64,000 nt of DNA from an uncultured Actinomycetes bacterium (GCA_963750045.1 CAVVPD010000002.1:423257-487256); one strand, 5' to 3'; positions 18,365 to 28,438 are shown, counted from the first letter of the stretch. Program-made: numbers and translations. The notes: generated by a model not told the origin, from the letters alone.

Positions 18365-18810
18365 GGCTTGCGACTCACGTCGGCGACGACGCGTTCCAGG
18401 TAGTCGGCGAGCGTCCGCAGCTCGCCGGCCTTCCACCCGGCGAAGGCCTCGATCACGATGTCGTCGGTCGCCTCACGGTACGCGGTGTAGGCGCGGCGGC
18501 CCTTCGGGGTGAGCGCGACGATGGTGGCGCGTCCGTCAGTGGGATCGGACGCCCGCTTCACGTACCCGTCGCCGCACAACCGCGCGACTTCGCGGCTGAT
18601 GAGCGGCGCCTCGAGGTCGGTCAGATCGGAAAGGTGCGACAACCGCACCGGGCCCGACGCGTACAGCGACGAGATGATGCTGATCGCGGGCCGGGAGAGG
18701 AACACGCCCGAACGTTCGGCCCGGTTGCGCGCCGCGCTCCGACCACCGCCGATGCGCGCGATCCGCACGATCGCCCTCTCCACGCGTTGCAGGTCGTCGA
18801 GTCGGGCCAC
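18352..18810 (-). CDS. MarR-family transcriptional regulator
   Basis: ..VRLSHLSDLTDLEAPLISREVARLCGDGYVKRASDPTDGRATIVALTPKGRRAY.. is a winged-helix pattern. The start is taken at GTG 18810, because the ORF-track start 18879 would overlap the upstream ADH. Confidence 0.85.
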   Translation of the reverse strand: MARLDDLQRVERAIVRIARIGGGRSAARNRAERSGVFLSRPAISIISSLYASGPVRLSHLSDLTDLEAPLISREVARLCGDGYVKRASDPTDGRATIVALTPKGRRAYTAYREATDDIVIEAFAGWKAGELRTLADYLERVVADVSRKPQVP

Positions 18811-18838
18811 GGGCGGAGACCGTACCAGTGAGGTTGTT

Positions 18839-19864
18839 TCAGCCGTTGGGCGTGACCACCGCGCGGCTCTTGAGGTCACCCCGGCGGAACCGCTCGTACG
18901 CGTCGGGCGCCCGGTCGAAGTCGAACAGCTCGACCTCGACCCGCAGCTCGCCGGCCTCGGCGAGCGCGATGACCTCGTGCAGGTCCGAGATCGACGCCGC
19001 CATCGGGATGGAGAAGTCGCACTCCAGCGGGAGCACTCCCCACGAGATCTTCGCGGTGCCCCCGCCGGCGCCGACGATCGCCACCGTGCCGAGCGTCGCC
19101 GCGCTCGCCAACGCCATCTTCATCGTGGTGTCGTCACCGACGAAGTCGAACACCGCGGTGGCGCCGAGACCACCGGTGAGCTCGCGGACGCGCGTCGAGG
19201 TGCCGTCGTCCGACAGCAGGCTCTCATGGGCCCCGAGCTCGCGCGCCAGGTCGAGTCGCTGCTGGACGACGTCGACCGCGATCACCTGCGCGCCGGTGAG
19301 GCGGCGCAGGTACTGCACCGCGTACGAGCCGAGTCCGCCCGCGCCGATGACGACGGCGGTAGAACCCGGGATCAGCTTCGGGAGCGCCCGCTTCACCGCG
19401 TGGTACGAAGTCGCGCCCGCGTCGGTGAGCGGACCGACGCGACGCGGGTCGAGCGACGTCAGCGGCACGAGCTCGCGACGCGGCACCACGAGGAAGTGGG
19501 CGAGGCCACCGTCCTCGCCGTACCCCCGGCCGCTCGCGCCGCGCGGGCAGTAGTTGTCCTGACCGCGCAGGCAGTACTGGCACCGCCCACAGGAGTGGAT
19601 GCCCGCGACCGCGACGGGCTGGCCGACCTCGAGGTCGTCCACGCCGGTGCCGAGCCGCTCCACCCATCCCGCGCTCTCGTGCCCGAGGGTGAAGGGCAGC
19701 TCCCACGGGATCAGCCCCGGGGGCGAGTCGAGGAACAGGAAGTCGCTGTGGCAGAGCCCGACGCCGGCCACCTTGATCAGCACCTCGTCGGGCGCCGGCA
19801 CCGGGACGTCGACCTCCCGGAACTCGGGTGGCTTGCCCCACTCCACCAGTTGGTACGCGGTCAT
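18839..19864 (-). CDS. Zinc-dependent alcohol dehydrogenase (MDR family)
   Basis: Last 341 codons of ORF 18839..20167, starting at ATG 19864: ..GVGLCHSD..GHESAG..CGRCQYCLRGQDNYC.. (structural Zn Cys4) and ..VIGAGGLGS.. (NAD site). Confidence 0.9.
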   Translation of the reverse strand: MTAYQLVEWGKPPEFREVDVPVPAPDEVLIKVAGVGLCHSDFLFLDSPPGLIPWELPFTLGHESAGWVERLGTGVDDLEVGQPVAVAGIHSCGRCQYCLRGQDNYCPRGASGRGYGEDGGLAHFLVVPRRELVPLTSLDPRRVGPLTDAGATSYHAVKRALPKLIPGSTAVVIGAGGLGSYAVQYLRRLTGAQVIAVDVVQQRLDLARELGAHESLLSDDGTSTRVRELTGGLGATAVFDFVGDDTTMKMALASAATLGTVAIVGAGGGTAKISWGVLPLECDFSIPMAASISDLHEVIALAEAGELRVEVELFDFDRAPDAYERFRRGDLKSRAVVTPNG

Positions 19865-19869
19865 CGCGC

Positions 19870-20709
19870 TCAAGGCGGCCATCCTTCGAGGAGCTGCATC
19901 CGCTTGCACAGGCTCTGGGAGTACACCAGCGTCCCCGCGTGCTCGAGCGCGTCCGGTGACGAACAGAGCCACGCGATCGCCGCGCCCGTGACCTCCGGCG
20001 GTGCGCCGCGGAACCGCTTGCTGAACTGCTCGTCGCTGGGCTTGTCGTTGGTGGTGAAGCCGGGGTCGACGTTGAACGCGAGGATGCCCTGCTCGGCGAA
20101 CTCGACGTGCAGCTGACCGGCAACGCGGAGGAACGCCGCCTTCGACGCGCCGTAGCCGAGCCCCCATCCGCCCTCACCGGCGGGCGCCGGCGGATCCATG
20201 GTCGCCGTCGCCGACGAGAGGTTGACGATCCGGCCGCCGCCGCGTTCGAGCATGCGCGGCACCACGAGCTGGATGATGTGCAGCTGGTGCACGTAGTTGC
20301 CGACGACGAGCTTGGTGGCGTCGTCGAGGTCGAGCTCGAGGACGCGGTCCATGCGCCCCGGGCCCTGGTAGATCGCGTTGTTCACCACCGCGTCGATATG
20401 ACCCCACTCCTCGTACACGGTCGAGACCGCGGCGTCGATCGACGGGCGGTCGAGGAGGTCCATCGCCACCGGCAGCGCTCGTTGCCCGGCGGCATCGATG
20501 GCGGCGGCGGTCGACTCGAGGCTGCCGGCGACGACCGACACCTCCTGGGGGTCGCGCACCGAACCGGGGGTCATGCGGCCGTCCCCTTCGTGCACCGTGC
20601 GGGCGGCGATGGCGACGTCGTAGCCTGCGTCGGCGAGTGCGAGCGCGGTCGCCCGGCCGATGCCACGACTCGCCCCGGTGACGAAGGCGATCGGAGGACT
20701 CGAGGTCAT
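19870..20709 (-). CDS. Short-chain dehydrogenase/reductase (SDR)
   Basis: ATG 20709: MTSSPPIAFVTGASRGIGRATA..VNNAIYQGPG..GLGYGASKAAFL.. Confidence 0.88.
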   Translation of the reverse strand: MTSSPPIAFVTGASRGIGRATALALADAGYDVAIAARTVHEGDGRMTPGSVRDPQEVSVVAGSLESTAAAIDAAGQRALPVAMDLLDRPSIDAAVSTVYEEWGHIDAVVNNAIYQGPGRMDRVLELDLDDATKLVVGNYVHQLHIIQLVVPRMLERGGGRIVNLSSATATMDPPAPAGEGGWGLGYGASKAAFLRVAGQLHVEFAEQGILAFNVDPGFTTNDKPSDEQFSKRFRGAPPEVTGAAIAWLCSSPDALEHAGTLVYSQSLCKRMQLLEGWPP

Positions 20710-21526
20710 GGTCGCGGAGGCTAGCGGTACTGGAGAGTTCCTTCTCGTCGACGATCCGGCACCCCGGGTGCGGCGCCTGACGCTCAACCGGCCCGAGAAG
20801 CGCAATGCCATCAGCAACCAGCTGCGGGCCGCGCTCTACGACGCGTTGCACGCCGCCGACCGGGACCCCGACGTCGGCGTGAGCATCATCCGCGGCGCGG
20901 GCCCGTGCTTCTCGTCGGGCTACGACCTCAAGTCGAACCTCTCGGAGGGGCGGCCGTTCTACACCCCGCCCGGCGACGGCACGTGGTCCCGCCACGTCAC
21001 CGACGGCTGGTCGCAGCTGTGGGACCTCGCCAAGCCGGTCATCGCCCAGGTGCACGGGTACGCGATGGCGGGCGCCACCGAGCTGGCCGCCGCCTGCGAC
21101 CTGGTCTACGCGGCCGAGGACGCATGGTTCAGCTACCCGGTGGTGCGAGTATTGAGCCCGCCCGACTTCCAGTTCCACACCATGATCGTCGGGATGCGCG
21201 CGGCGATGGAGCTGATGCTCACCGGCGACGCGATCGACGGCCGGGAAGCGGCTCGAATCGGCATGGCGAACCGCGCCTTCCCCGAAGCCGACCTGGAGCG
21301 CGAGACCTTGGCGATGGCGACGCGCATTGCGTCGATCCCGAGCGACCTGCTCCAGATCAACAAGCGCACCGTGCACCGCGCCATGGAGTTCAAGGGCGTG
21401 CGCACCGCGACGCGCGCCGGATCCGAGCTGCAGGGCCTGGCGAGCAACCTCGAGTCGACGCGGGAGCTCTTCGCCGACCCGTCGGCCGCGGTCAAGCAGG
21501 CAGCGAAGCCCGCAGGTACTTCCTGA
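20708..21526 (+). CDS. Enoyl-CoA hydratase/isomerase family protein
   Basis: ATG 20708: MVAEASGTGEFLLVDDPAPRVRRLTLNRPEKRNAIS..FSSGYDLK..VIAQVHGYAMAGATELAAACDLVYAAE.. The start is uncertain (see the CATG finding). Confidence 0.85.
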   Translation: MVAEASGTGEFLLVDDPAPRVRRLTLNRPEKRNAISNQLRAALYDALHAADRDPDVGVSIIRGAGPCFSSGYDLKSNLSEGRPFYTPPGDGTWSRHVTDGWSQLWDLAKPVIAQVHGYAMAGATELAAACDLVYAAEDAWFSYPVVRVLSPPDFQFHTMIVGMRAAMELMLTGDAIDGREAARIGMANRAFPEADLERETLAMATRIASIPSDLLQINKRTVHRAMEFKGVRTATRAGSELQGLASNLESTRELFADPSAAVKQAAKPAGTS

Positions 21527-22442
21527 ACGCGCTGGTGCTGTAGTTCTCGTGCTGCTCGCCCCAGGCCTCGACGCCGTCGACGTCCCAGCGCACGAGGTAG
21601 TTCCAGCCCACCAGGTTCTCGTTGCAGAAATTCACGAAGCGGCTGACGCACTCGCCCTCGGCGCGCAGCGTGCGACCGAGCTCGTCGACCCCCTCGACCA
21701 GCACGCGGGTGACGGTGCCGGTTCCGGTGTCGCGCTGGAGGATCTCGCGCCGCCCGGTCGTGAGCCGTGACACCTCGCCGTCGCGCAGGTGGAACCCCAT
21801 GATCATCGGGTAGTCGTCGGTGACGTTGGCCGTGATCGCCTGGAACGACGCGGTGTCGGACGTCGCGTGGCTGTAGGGCATCTCGGTGGCGGTGTACGCG
21901 CCGGAGGACATGAGGTACGGGCCGAACGGGTTGCGCGGGCCCCACGAGCGGTCGCGCGCGCCGTACGAGTCGACCGCGATGGTCTCGCCGTCGAGCACGA
22001 GGGTGCCGGTGAAGCGGCCGAGCTGGTCGAGGTGGCCGCCGTCCGGACCCGACGTCTTGGTCGACAGCGGATCCATCACCGCGGTGAAGGTGAGGTCGAC
22101 GGCGATGTCGTCGCCGTCGGGATCGCGGTACGACAGCTCGTAGACGTGTTGGGGCTCGACCGCGCGGTAGTGGAGACCGTTGGCCAGGGTGAAGTCGCTG
22201 AGCGGGCCGTCCGGGAGGGGGAGGTGCCAGAACTGCTTGTAGTACCGGCAGTTCCACGGCGAGTCGCCCCGGTCGTCCCAGACGAAGACCGCGGCCGAGC
22301 ACACCCCCTGATTGGGCCGGAAGAACGGGTAGAACCAGCCGGCCAGCTTCCGCTCCGGGACCGAGAACGCGAACCAGGCCGTCTCGCTCCAGAACGGGTC
22401 GTCGCTCGTCGGCGGGTGGAACTCGTCGTCCGGATGCGTCAC
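21492..22442 (-). CDS. Conserved-looking hypothetical protein (no domain confidently recognised)
   Basis: GTG 22442 has GGAGGG 5 nt upstream. 316 aa of balanced, Trp/Tyr/Phe-rich composition (..DPFWSETAWFAFSVPERKLAGWFYPFF..DSYGARDRSWGPRNPFG..NLVGWNYLVRWDVDG..). Last gene of the MarR-headed operon. Confidence 0.7.
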   Translation of the reverse strand: MTHPDDEFHPPTSDDPFWSETAWFAFSVPERKLAGWFYPFFRPNQGVCSAAVFVWDDRGDSPWNCRYYKQFWHLPLPDGPLSDFTLANGLHYRAVEPQHVYELSYRDPDGDDIAVDLTFTAVMDPLSTKTSGPDGGHLDQLGRFTGTLVLDGETIAVDSYGARDRSWGPRNPFGPYLMSSGAYTATEMPYSHATSDTASFQAITANVTDDYPMIMGFHLRDGEVSRLTTGRREILQRDTGTGTVTRVLVEGVDELGRTLRAEGECVSRFVNFCNENLVGWNYLVRWDVDGVEAWGEQHENYSTSAFRKYLRASLPA

Positions 22443-22515
22443 CCCCACCCTCCAACCTGCGTCAGTGATGGCCCGTATGTCGCCACGTACGACGCACGTT
22501 CGGGTTGCGGCGCGC

Positions 22516-24262
22516 TCATCGGGCGCCGCGGAGAAGCTTGCCGGGGCGGGCGCCGGTGTCGACGCCGCGACGGCGCGTGACCGCCCCGCCGACCAGGGTG
22601 GCGACGTAGCCGTCCGCCTCCTGGAGCAGGCGACCACCGCCGGCAGGGAGGTCGTGCGCCAGACGGGGCATTCCGAGCGACAGACGGTCCAAGTCGATGA
22701 CGTTGACGTCGGCCTTCTTGCCGGGCTCGAGTACGCCGCGGTCACCGAGCCCGAACAGTGACGCGGTGTCGGACGTTTGCTTCTTGACCAGGTACTCGAG
22801 CGGAAGCTTCTCCCCCCGCGTTCGGTCGCGCGCCCAGTGGGTGAGCATGAACGTCGGGATCGACGCGTCACAGATCAACCCGCAGTGCGCGCCGCCGTCG
22901 GACAGCCCGGAGACCCCACCCGGGTGCAACAACATCTCGCGGATGGCCTCGTGATTGCGCTCCGCGTAGTTGAAGAACGGGAGCATGAGGAGGTGACGCG
23001 CACCGTGCTCGAGCATCACGTCGTAGAGCATCGCCATCGGATCGACGCCGGCGGCCTCGGCCATGGCTGCGATCGTGCGATCGGGCGTGGGCTCGTAGAC
23101 CGGTGGGTCGCCGAGCGAGTACAAGCGGTCGAGCGATGCCTGCACGAGGAGGAACATGCCGTCGAACAGGACCGACGGATCGGGGGCGACGTCGTCCTCG
23201 GTGAGGATCCGCGCCCGCACCTCCGGCCGGGCGAGCTCTTCGAGCAACTCATCGGGCGACAGGCGCGCCGCCAGCTCGCGGTAGGTGGGCCGGCCGCTGA
23301 ACCCGTGACGCGTCGGGAACCCGAGCAACATGCCGAACGGGCGCGCGGCAACCTGCGGCACCACCTGCGCGCCGGCTTCGTAGGCGCGCAGCGACTCGTC
23401 CATGAGCCCGCGCCACGCGTCGGGGGCGGCGTCGATCTGCACGAGCGTGAACGACACCGGCAGATCGAGATCCTCGGACAGTCGACGCATCCACCCCATC
23501 TCCTGCTCGGGCGCGAGGAGATCTTCCCCCGCCGCGCCGAGCGGCGCGAGCTCGAACACTGCGCGACCGCCGCGCTTCATCGCGTGACCGAGGGCGAAGA
23601 GCTCGTCCTCCGCCGCGAACGTGCCCGGCACCGGCCGGCCGTCCATCGCCCGGTGACCGAGCGTCCGCGAGGTGGAGAACCCCAGCGCGCCGGCCTCGAC
23701 CGCCTCCTGCACGATCGCGGCCATGGCCGCGATCTCGTCGGGCGTGGCCGGCTCGTTGGCCGCGCCTCGCTCCCCCATCGCGTACCGCGCGCACCGCACC
23801 GTGCGAAACCTGCACCCCGATGTCGACCGCGAACTCGCGCGCGTCGAGCGCGTCGAGGTACTCCGGGAACGACTCCCAGCTCCAGTCCATCCCCTCGGTG
23901 AGCGCGGTGCCGGGGATGTCCTCCACGCCCTCCATGAGGCTGATGAGCCACTTCTCGTCGCCCGGGCGGACCGGGGCGAACCCCACCCCGCAGTTGCCGG
24001 CGACGACGGTGGTGACACCGTGCCCCGACGACGGCTCGAGCAGCGGGTCCCACGTGGCCTGGCCGTCGTAGTGCGTGTGGATGTCCACGAACCCCGGCGT
24101 GACGACCATGCCCGTGGCGTCGATGGTCTCCGCCGCCCCGCCATCGAGCGGACCGTGGGAGACCGCGACGATCGCGCCGTCGCGCAGCGCGACGTCGCCG
24201 ACGAACCGAGCCTCGCCCGTGCCGTCGACGATCGTGCCATTGCTGATCTTGACGTCGTACAT
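22516..24262 (-). pseudogene. N-acyl-D-amino-acid deacylase (D-aminoacylase, amidohydrolase_3) family; frame break near 23786-23792
   Basis: The N-terminal piece (ORF 23249..24262) reads MYDVKISNGTIVDGTG..PGFVDIHTHYDGQ..VVAGNCGVGFAP..SHGAVRA. The C-terminal piece (frame of ORF 22516..24327) reads YAMGERGAANEPATPDEIAAMAAIV..GLSDGGAHCGLICDAS..VNVIDLDRL.. Length is 3n+1. Confidence 0.85.
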
Positions 24263-24280
24263 GTCGTGTCCTTCTCGCGG

Positions 24281-25474
24281 TCAGGCGGGGTCCAGCACGA
24301 GCTCGACCTCGGCGCGGTTGACGCCATTCACGAAGGCGTTGGGCAGGAAGTCGATCGAGCCGGGGACGACCCGGATCTCGCGCACCCGGCGCACGAACTC
24401 CTCGAAGAAGAGGCGGATCTCGAGCCGGGCGAGCGCGGCACCCAGGCAGAAGTGGGTGCCGAACCCGAACGCGAGGTGCTGGTTGTCGGTGCGGGTCACG
24501 TCGAGCGTCTCGGGGTCGTCGAAGTGCGCGGGATCGCGATTGGCCGACGGGTACATCAACACCACCTGTTGACCCTTGCGGATCGTGGTTCCGTGCATCT
24601 CGTAGTCGCGGTTCGCCACCCGGCACATGTTCAGGATGGGGGTGACGTAGCGGATGAACTCCTCGGTGGCGACGGTCATGTCCGCGCCGTCGCGCAGCAG
24701 CTGGTACTGGTCGGGCCGCGCCGAGAGCTCCAGGATCGTGCGGGCGATCACGGTGCGCGTGGTCTCCGCCCCGCCGTCGAGCAACAGCAGGCAGTCGCTG
24801 ATGACCGGGTCGAGCCCGATGGACTCACCGTTGATCTCGGCCTTCGTCCAGACCGTCATGATGTCGTCGGCCGGGCAGCGCTGCTTCTCCTCGTAGAGCT
24901 CCTGGCACGCGCCGGCGAACTCGATGGCGGCGAAGATGACGTCGTCGGTGGCGGCGCGCGGGCCACCGCCGCCCACGATGGTCCGCTCCGACCACTCCTT
25001 GAGCTTCGGCCACATCTCGTGCGGGTACCCGAGGAGGAGACCGATCATCTGCGCCGGCAGTGGCGCCGCGAGGTCGTCGATGATCTCGACCCGGTCCTTG
25101 GTCGCGGCGGCGTCGAGCAGTCCCGCCACCACACCCTTCACGTGCTCCTCCCACCGCATCACCGTCTTGGGCGTGAAGCCCCGGTTCACGAGGAGTCGGC
25201 GCTTGGTGTGCATCGGGTCGTCGAGACCGATGATCGAGGGGTCGGCCGGCAGGTTGGGTCGGTACCCGCCCTTCTCGATGTCGGAATTGATGAAGACGTC
25301 CTTCGCCTTCTCGATCTCGAGGATGTCGTCGTACCGCGAGATCCCCCACAGCTCGTTGAGGTCGTCCCAGTACACAGGCGCGTTCTCGCGCAGCCACGCG
25401 TACGTGGGTGACGGGTGGCCGGCGTACAGGTCACCGTCGAGGAGGTCGATCACGCGAGCGTCGGCGCTGGTCAT
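24281..25474 (-). CDS. Cytochrome P450
   Basis: ORF 24281..25474 (397 aa) has the I-helix LLLLDGGAETTR, ExxR (EEFIRY) and the heme loop FGFGTHFCLGAALARLE. Confidence 0.93.
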   Translation of the reverse strand: MTSADARVIDLLDGDLYAGHPSPTYAWLRENAPVYWDDLNELWGISRYDDILEIEKAKDVFINSDIEKGGYRPNLPADPSIIGLDDPMHTKRRLLVNRGFTPKTVMRWEEHVKGVVAGLLDAAATKDRVEIIDDLAAPLPAQMIGLLLGYPHEMWPKLKEWSERTIVGGGGPRAATDDVIFAAIEFAGACQELYEEKQRCPADDIMTVWTKAEINGESIGLDPVISDCLLLLDGGAETTRTVIARTILELSARPDQYQLLRDGADMTVATEEFIRYVTPILNMCRVANRDYEMHGTTIRKGQQVVLMYPSANRDPAHFDDPETLDVTRTDNQHLAFGFGTHFCLGAALARLEIRLFFEEFVRRVREIRVVPGSIDFLPNAFVNGVNRAEVELVLDPA

Positions 25475-25497
25475 GGGGCGATGCTACGCCGGACCCG

Positions 25498-26328
25498 TCA
25501 AGGCTTCACCCACGGACCGGACCCGTCGAGGGTCATCACCGTGAGCGCCCGCTCGGCGATCAGGTCGAGGCTCACGTGCACCGCGCCGGTGGTCGACTCG
25601 TCACAGTCGCAGAGGTAGACGGTCCCCTCGACCATCTCCTCCATCGACTCCTTCTGGTCGTCCCGGATGACGTGGCCGGCGAGGGCCTCCGCGCCCTCAC
25701 TCATCACCGCGGCCCGTGGCTCGACGGTGTTGACCCGGATGCCCCGGCCCCACAGCTCGTGCGCGAGCGCGTTGGTTTCGCGGTTGAGCGCGGCCTTGGA
25801 GGCGCCGTACATGCCGGTCGTGCTGGCGAGGCCCTCCACGCGGAACGGAGGACCGGGCGAGTGCGACGCGGTCGCGCTCGACACGTTGACGATCCAACCC
25901 TCGCCGCGTTCGAGCATCGCCGGCAGCACCGCCTGCGCGAGGTCGAGCGGCGCGTGCACGTTGACCTCGAAGGTGACACGTCGCCGCTTCAGCGGCATCT
26001 CCGACGGGAGCGCGTACATCGCCGCCGCCGCATTGTTCACCAGGATGTCGATCGGGCCGCCGAGCTGCGCGACCGCCTCGGGGACGATACGGGCCCGGTC
26101 GTCGCCGTCGGTGAGGTCGGCGGCGATCACGGCGGCAGTGCCGCCGTGCGCCCGCATCAGCTCGGCCGTCTCGGTGAGGCTCCCCGACAGCGTCGCGTGG
26201 GCGTCGAGCGTGCGGGCGACGATCGCCACCGCCGCGCCCTCCGCCGCGAGCCGCTCGGCGATGCCGGCGCCGATGCCCCGGCTCGCGCCGGTGACGATGG
26301 CGCGCCGTCCGGCGAACCGCCCGCTCAT
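25498..26328 (-). CDS. Short-chain dehydrogenase/reductase (SDR) with C-terminal extension
   Basis: Last 276 codons of ORF 25498..27396, starting at ATG 26328 (ATGA overlap): MSGRFAGRRAIVTGASRGIGAG..LVNNAAAA..TGMYGASKAAL.. Confidence 0.9.
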   Translation of the reverse strand: MSGRFAGRRAIVTGASRGIGAGIAERLAAEGAAVAIVARTLDAHATLSGSLTETAELMRAHGGTAAVIAADLTDGDDRARIVPEAVAQLGGPIDILVNNAAAAMYALPSEMPLKRRRVTFEVNVHAPLDLAQAVLPAMLERGEGWIVNVSSATASHSPGPPFRVEGLASTTGMYGASKAALNRETNALAHELWGRGIRVNTVEPRAAVMSEGAEALAGHVIRDDQKESMEEMVEGTVYLCDCDESTTGAVHVSLDLIAERALTVMTLDGSGPWVKP

Positions 26329-27569
26329 GCCGACACCTCGCGGCGATTGGTGAACCCGTGCTCCTGCAGGAAGCGGCCGGCGGCGACGCAGAGGTATTCG
26401 ATGTCGTCGTCGTCGAGGCCGTGGTTCAGCGGCAGGATCAGGCCCTGTTCCATCACGCGGTCCGCGTTCGGCAGACCGGCCGCGGGCGCCCGGTGCGGCA
26501 CCGTGGCGAACGCAGGCTGGCGGGTCACGTTGCCGGTCCACACCATGCGGGTGTCGATCCCGTGGGCCTCCATGTACTGCTGGAACTCCGCCCGGCGGAT
26601 GCCCGACTCGGGCCGCAGCATGATCGGAAACATGTGCCAGCCGGTCTCGAGTTCGGGGAGCTGCCGGGGCAACGTGAACACGTCCGGGTAGATGCCGAAG
26701 AACGCGGAGAGGAGGTCGAAGTTTCGCTGGCGGCGGGCGAGGTTGACCGGGAGCTTCTTCAGCTGCACGTTGCCGAACGCGGCACTGATCTCGCACGGCT
26801 CGAAGTTCCAGCCGACCTCGTCGAAGATGAAGAGGTTGTCGTACTCGATGCCGTCGACCTCGGTGAAGAACTCGCGGTCGCCTTTCCTGGTGCCGAAGAA
26901 CTGCGGCTCGGACCGGCGGCCCCACCGGCGGAGCAGGAGACACCGGTCGATCAGCTCGTCGTCGTCGAGGAGCACCATGCCGCCGGTCGCCGCGGCGGTG
27001 ATGATGTGGGCGAGGGCGAAGCTCGTCACGCTGATGTCGGAGCGCGTGCCCGTCGGCGTGCCGCGGAGCTTCGCCCCGAGTGCGTCGCACGAGTCCTCGA
27101 TCACCAGGAGGCCGTGCGCGTCGGCGATGGCGCGGATGCGGTCCCAGTCGGGAGCGTTGCCGATGAGGTTGGGGGCGAGGATCGCCTTGGTGCGGGGCGA
27201 GATCATGGCCTCGATGGCGCCGACGTCGATGTTGTAGGTGTCCGGCTCGACGTCGACGAACGCGGGGACGATCCCGGCGCGCACGAGTGGCGCGATGTCG
27301 GTCGAGAACGTGACCGCCGACGTGATGACTTCGTCGCCGTGCTCGCACCCGAGCAGCTCGACGGCCAGGTAGAGCGCCGACGATCCGGAGTTGCACATGA
27401 TCCCGCGCCGCTTTCCGAAGTACTCGGCGACGCCCTGCTCGAACGCCTTGACGTTCTTGCTGATCCGCAACGCCGACGGTCCAGCGCGCAGCACCTCGAC
27501 GACGGCCTCGATCTCCTCTTCTCCGTGCACGCTGCCGGCGTATTCGATCCGGCGCTGGTCAGTTCTCAC
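26325..27569 (-). CDS. DegT/DnrJ/EryC1-fold enzyme of the RfbH(E1)/ColD type (probable PMP-dependent dehydratase-like; His replaces the PLP lysine)
   Basis: GTG 27569 overlaps the upstream stop (GTGA). NSGSSA, GDEVIT, VPAFVDVEPDTYNID, IEDSCDALG, TSFALAHIITAAATGG (His at codon 27006-27008), RRWGRRS, TRMVWTGNVTRQPAF. The first ~218 codons of ORF 26325..28226 are read-through. Confidence 0.85.
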   Translation of the reverse strand: MRTDQRRIEYAGSVHGEEEIEAVVEVLRAGPSALRISKNVKAFEQGVAEYFGKRRGIMCNSGSSALYLAVELLGCEHGDEVITSAVTFSTDIAPLVRAGIVPAFVDVEPDTYNIDVGAIEAMISPRTKAILAPNLIGNAPDWDRIRAIADAHGLLVIEDSCDALGAKLRGTPTGTRSDISVTSFALAHIITAAATGGMVLLDDDELIDRCLLLRRWGRRSEPQFFGTRKGDREFFTEVDGIEYDNLFIFDEVGWNFEPCEISAAFGNVQLKKLPVNLARRQRNFDLLSAFFGIYPDVFTLPRQLPELETGWHMFPIMLRPESGIRRAEFQQYMEAHGIDTRMVWTGNVTRQPAFATVPHRAPAAGLPNADRVMEQGLILPLNHGLDDDDIEYLCVAAGRFLQEHGFTNRREVSA

Positions 27570-28438
27570 GTCATCTCCTCCAGCTTGAACACCCGGACCG
27601 CGTTCTCGCGCAGGAACTTGGGCCACACGTGGTCGCGGAACGGCACGTTTGGCATCTCGATGAAGATGCGCTCGAGGGTCAGGCCCATCGGGTAGTAGCC
27701 CGCGTACATGATCTTGTCGGCCCCACGCGTGTTGGCGAAGTCGATGATCGCCTGCGGGTAGTGCTTGGGCGCGAAGGCACTCGGCATGTAGAAGAGGTTC
27801 GGCCACTTCAGCATGAGCTTCACCGCCAGCGCTTCCCACGGCTCGGCGCCATGACGCATCACGATGCGCAGCTCCGGGAAGTCGTAGCAGACCTCGTCGA
27901 AGAACATCACGTCCTGACACCCCGACGGGAAGCGCGGGCCCGCGATCCCGGCGTTGGACACGATCGGGATGTCCAGGTCGATGCAGGTCTGGTAGATCGG
28001 GTAGTAGCGACGGTCGTTCACCGGCACCTGCGGGTTGCAGCCGGCGGGGAACGTCGTCACGGCTTTGATGTCGTGTTGCTCCTTGGCCGCACGGATCTTG
28101 CGCACCGCGCCGGTGATGTCGTTGGGATCGATCTCGGTGCTGGCGATGAACCGGTCCGGGTGGTCGCGCAATGCGCGCTCGGTCGCCTCCGAGCCGATCC
28201 CGCACATGCCGATGTCGACACCCCACTTGTCCATCTCCGCGATCGTGACCGCGACGCCGTCCTGCTCCTCGTCGAGCTTGTTGGGCACGTCCTTGAACAT
28301 GTACCCCGCAGGGAACTCGGCGGTACTGGCATCCTCCGCACGCGTGGTCTGCCGCAGGTAGTCGTACGTCTTCGACGCGTTCGCCTTCGGGAAGCTGATC
28401 ATGAGATCGATGGCGCCGATGTCGGTGGGCATGGTCAT
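27566..28438 (-). CDS. Amidohydrolase_2-family (TIM-barrel metal hydrolase/decarboxylase-like) protein
   Basis: ORF 27566..28438 (290 aa): ..AIDLMISFPK..VTTFPAGCNPQ..IVMRHGAEPW..FLRENAVRVFKL.. The usual N-terminal HxH appears as DLM. Confidence 0.8.
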   Translation of the reverse strand: MTMPTDIGAIDLMISFPKANASKTYDYLRQTTRAEDASTAEFPAGYMFKDVPNKLDEEQDGVAVTIAEMDKWGVDIGMCGIGSEATERALRDHPDRFIASTEIDPNDITGAVRKIRAAKEQHDIKAVTTFPAGCNPQVPVNDRRYYPIYQTCIDLDIPIVSNAGIAGPRFPSGCQDVMFFDEVCYDFPELRIVMRHGAEPWEALAVKLMLKWPNLFYMPSAFAPKHYPQAIIDFANTRGADKIMYAGYYPMGLTLERIFIEMPNVPFRDHVWPKFLRENAVRVFKLEEMT

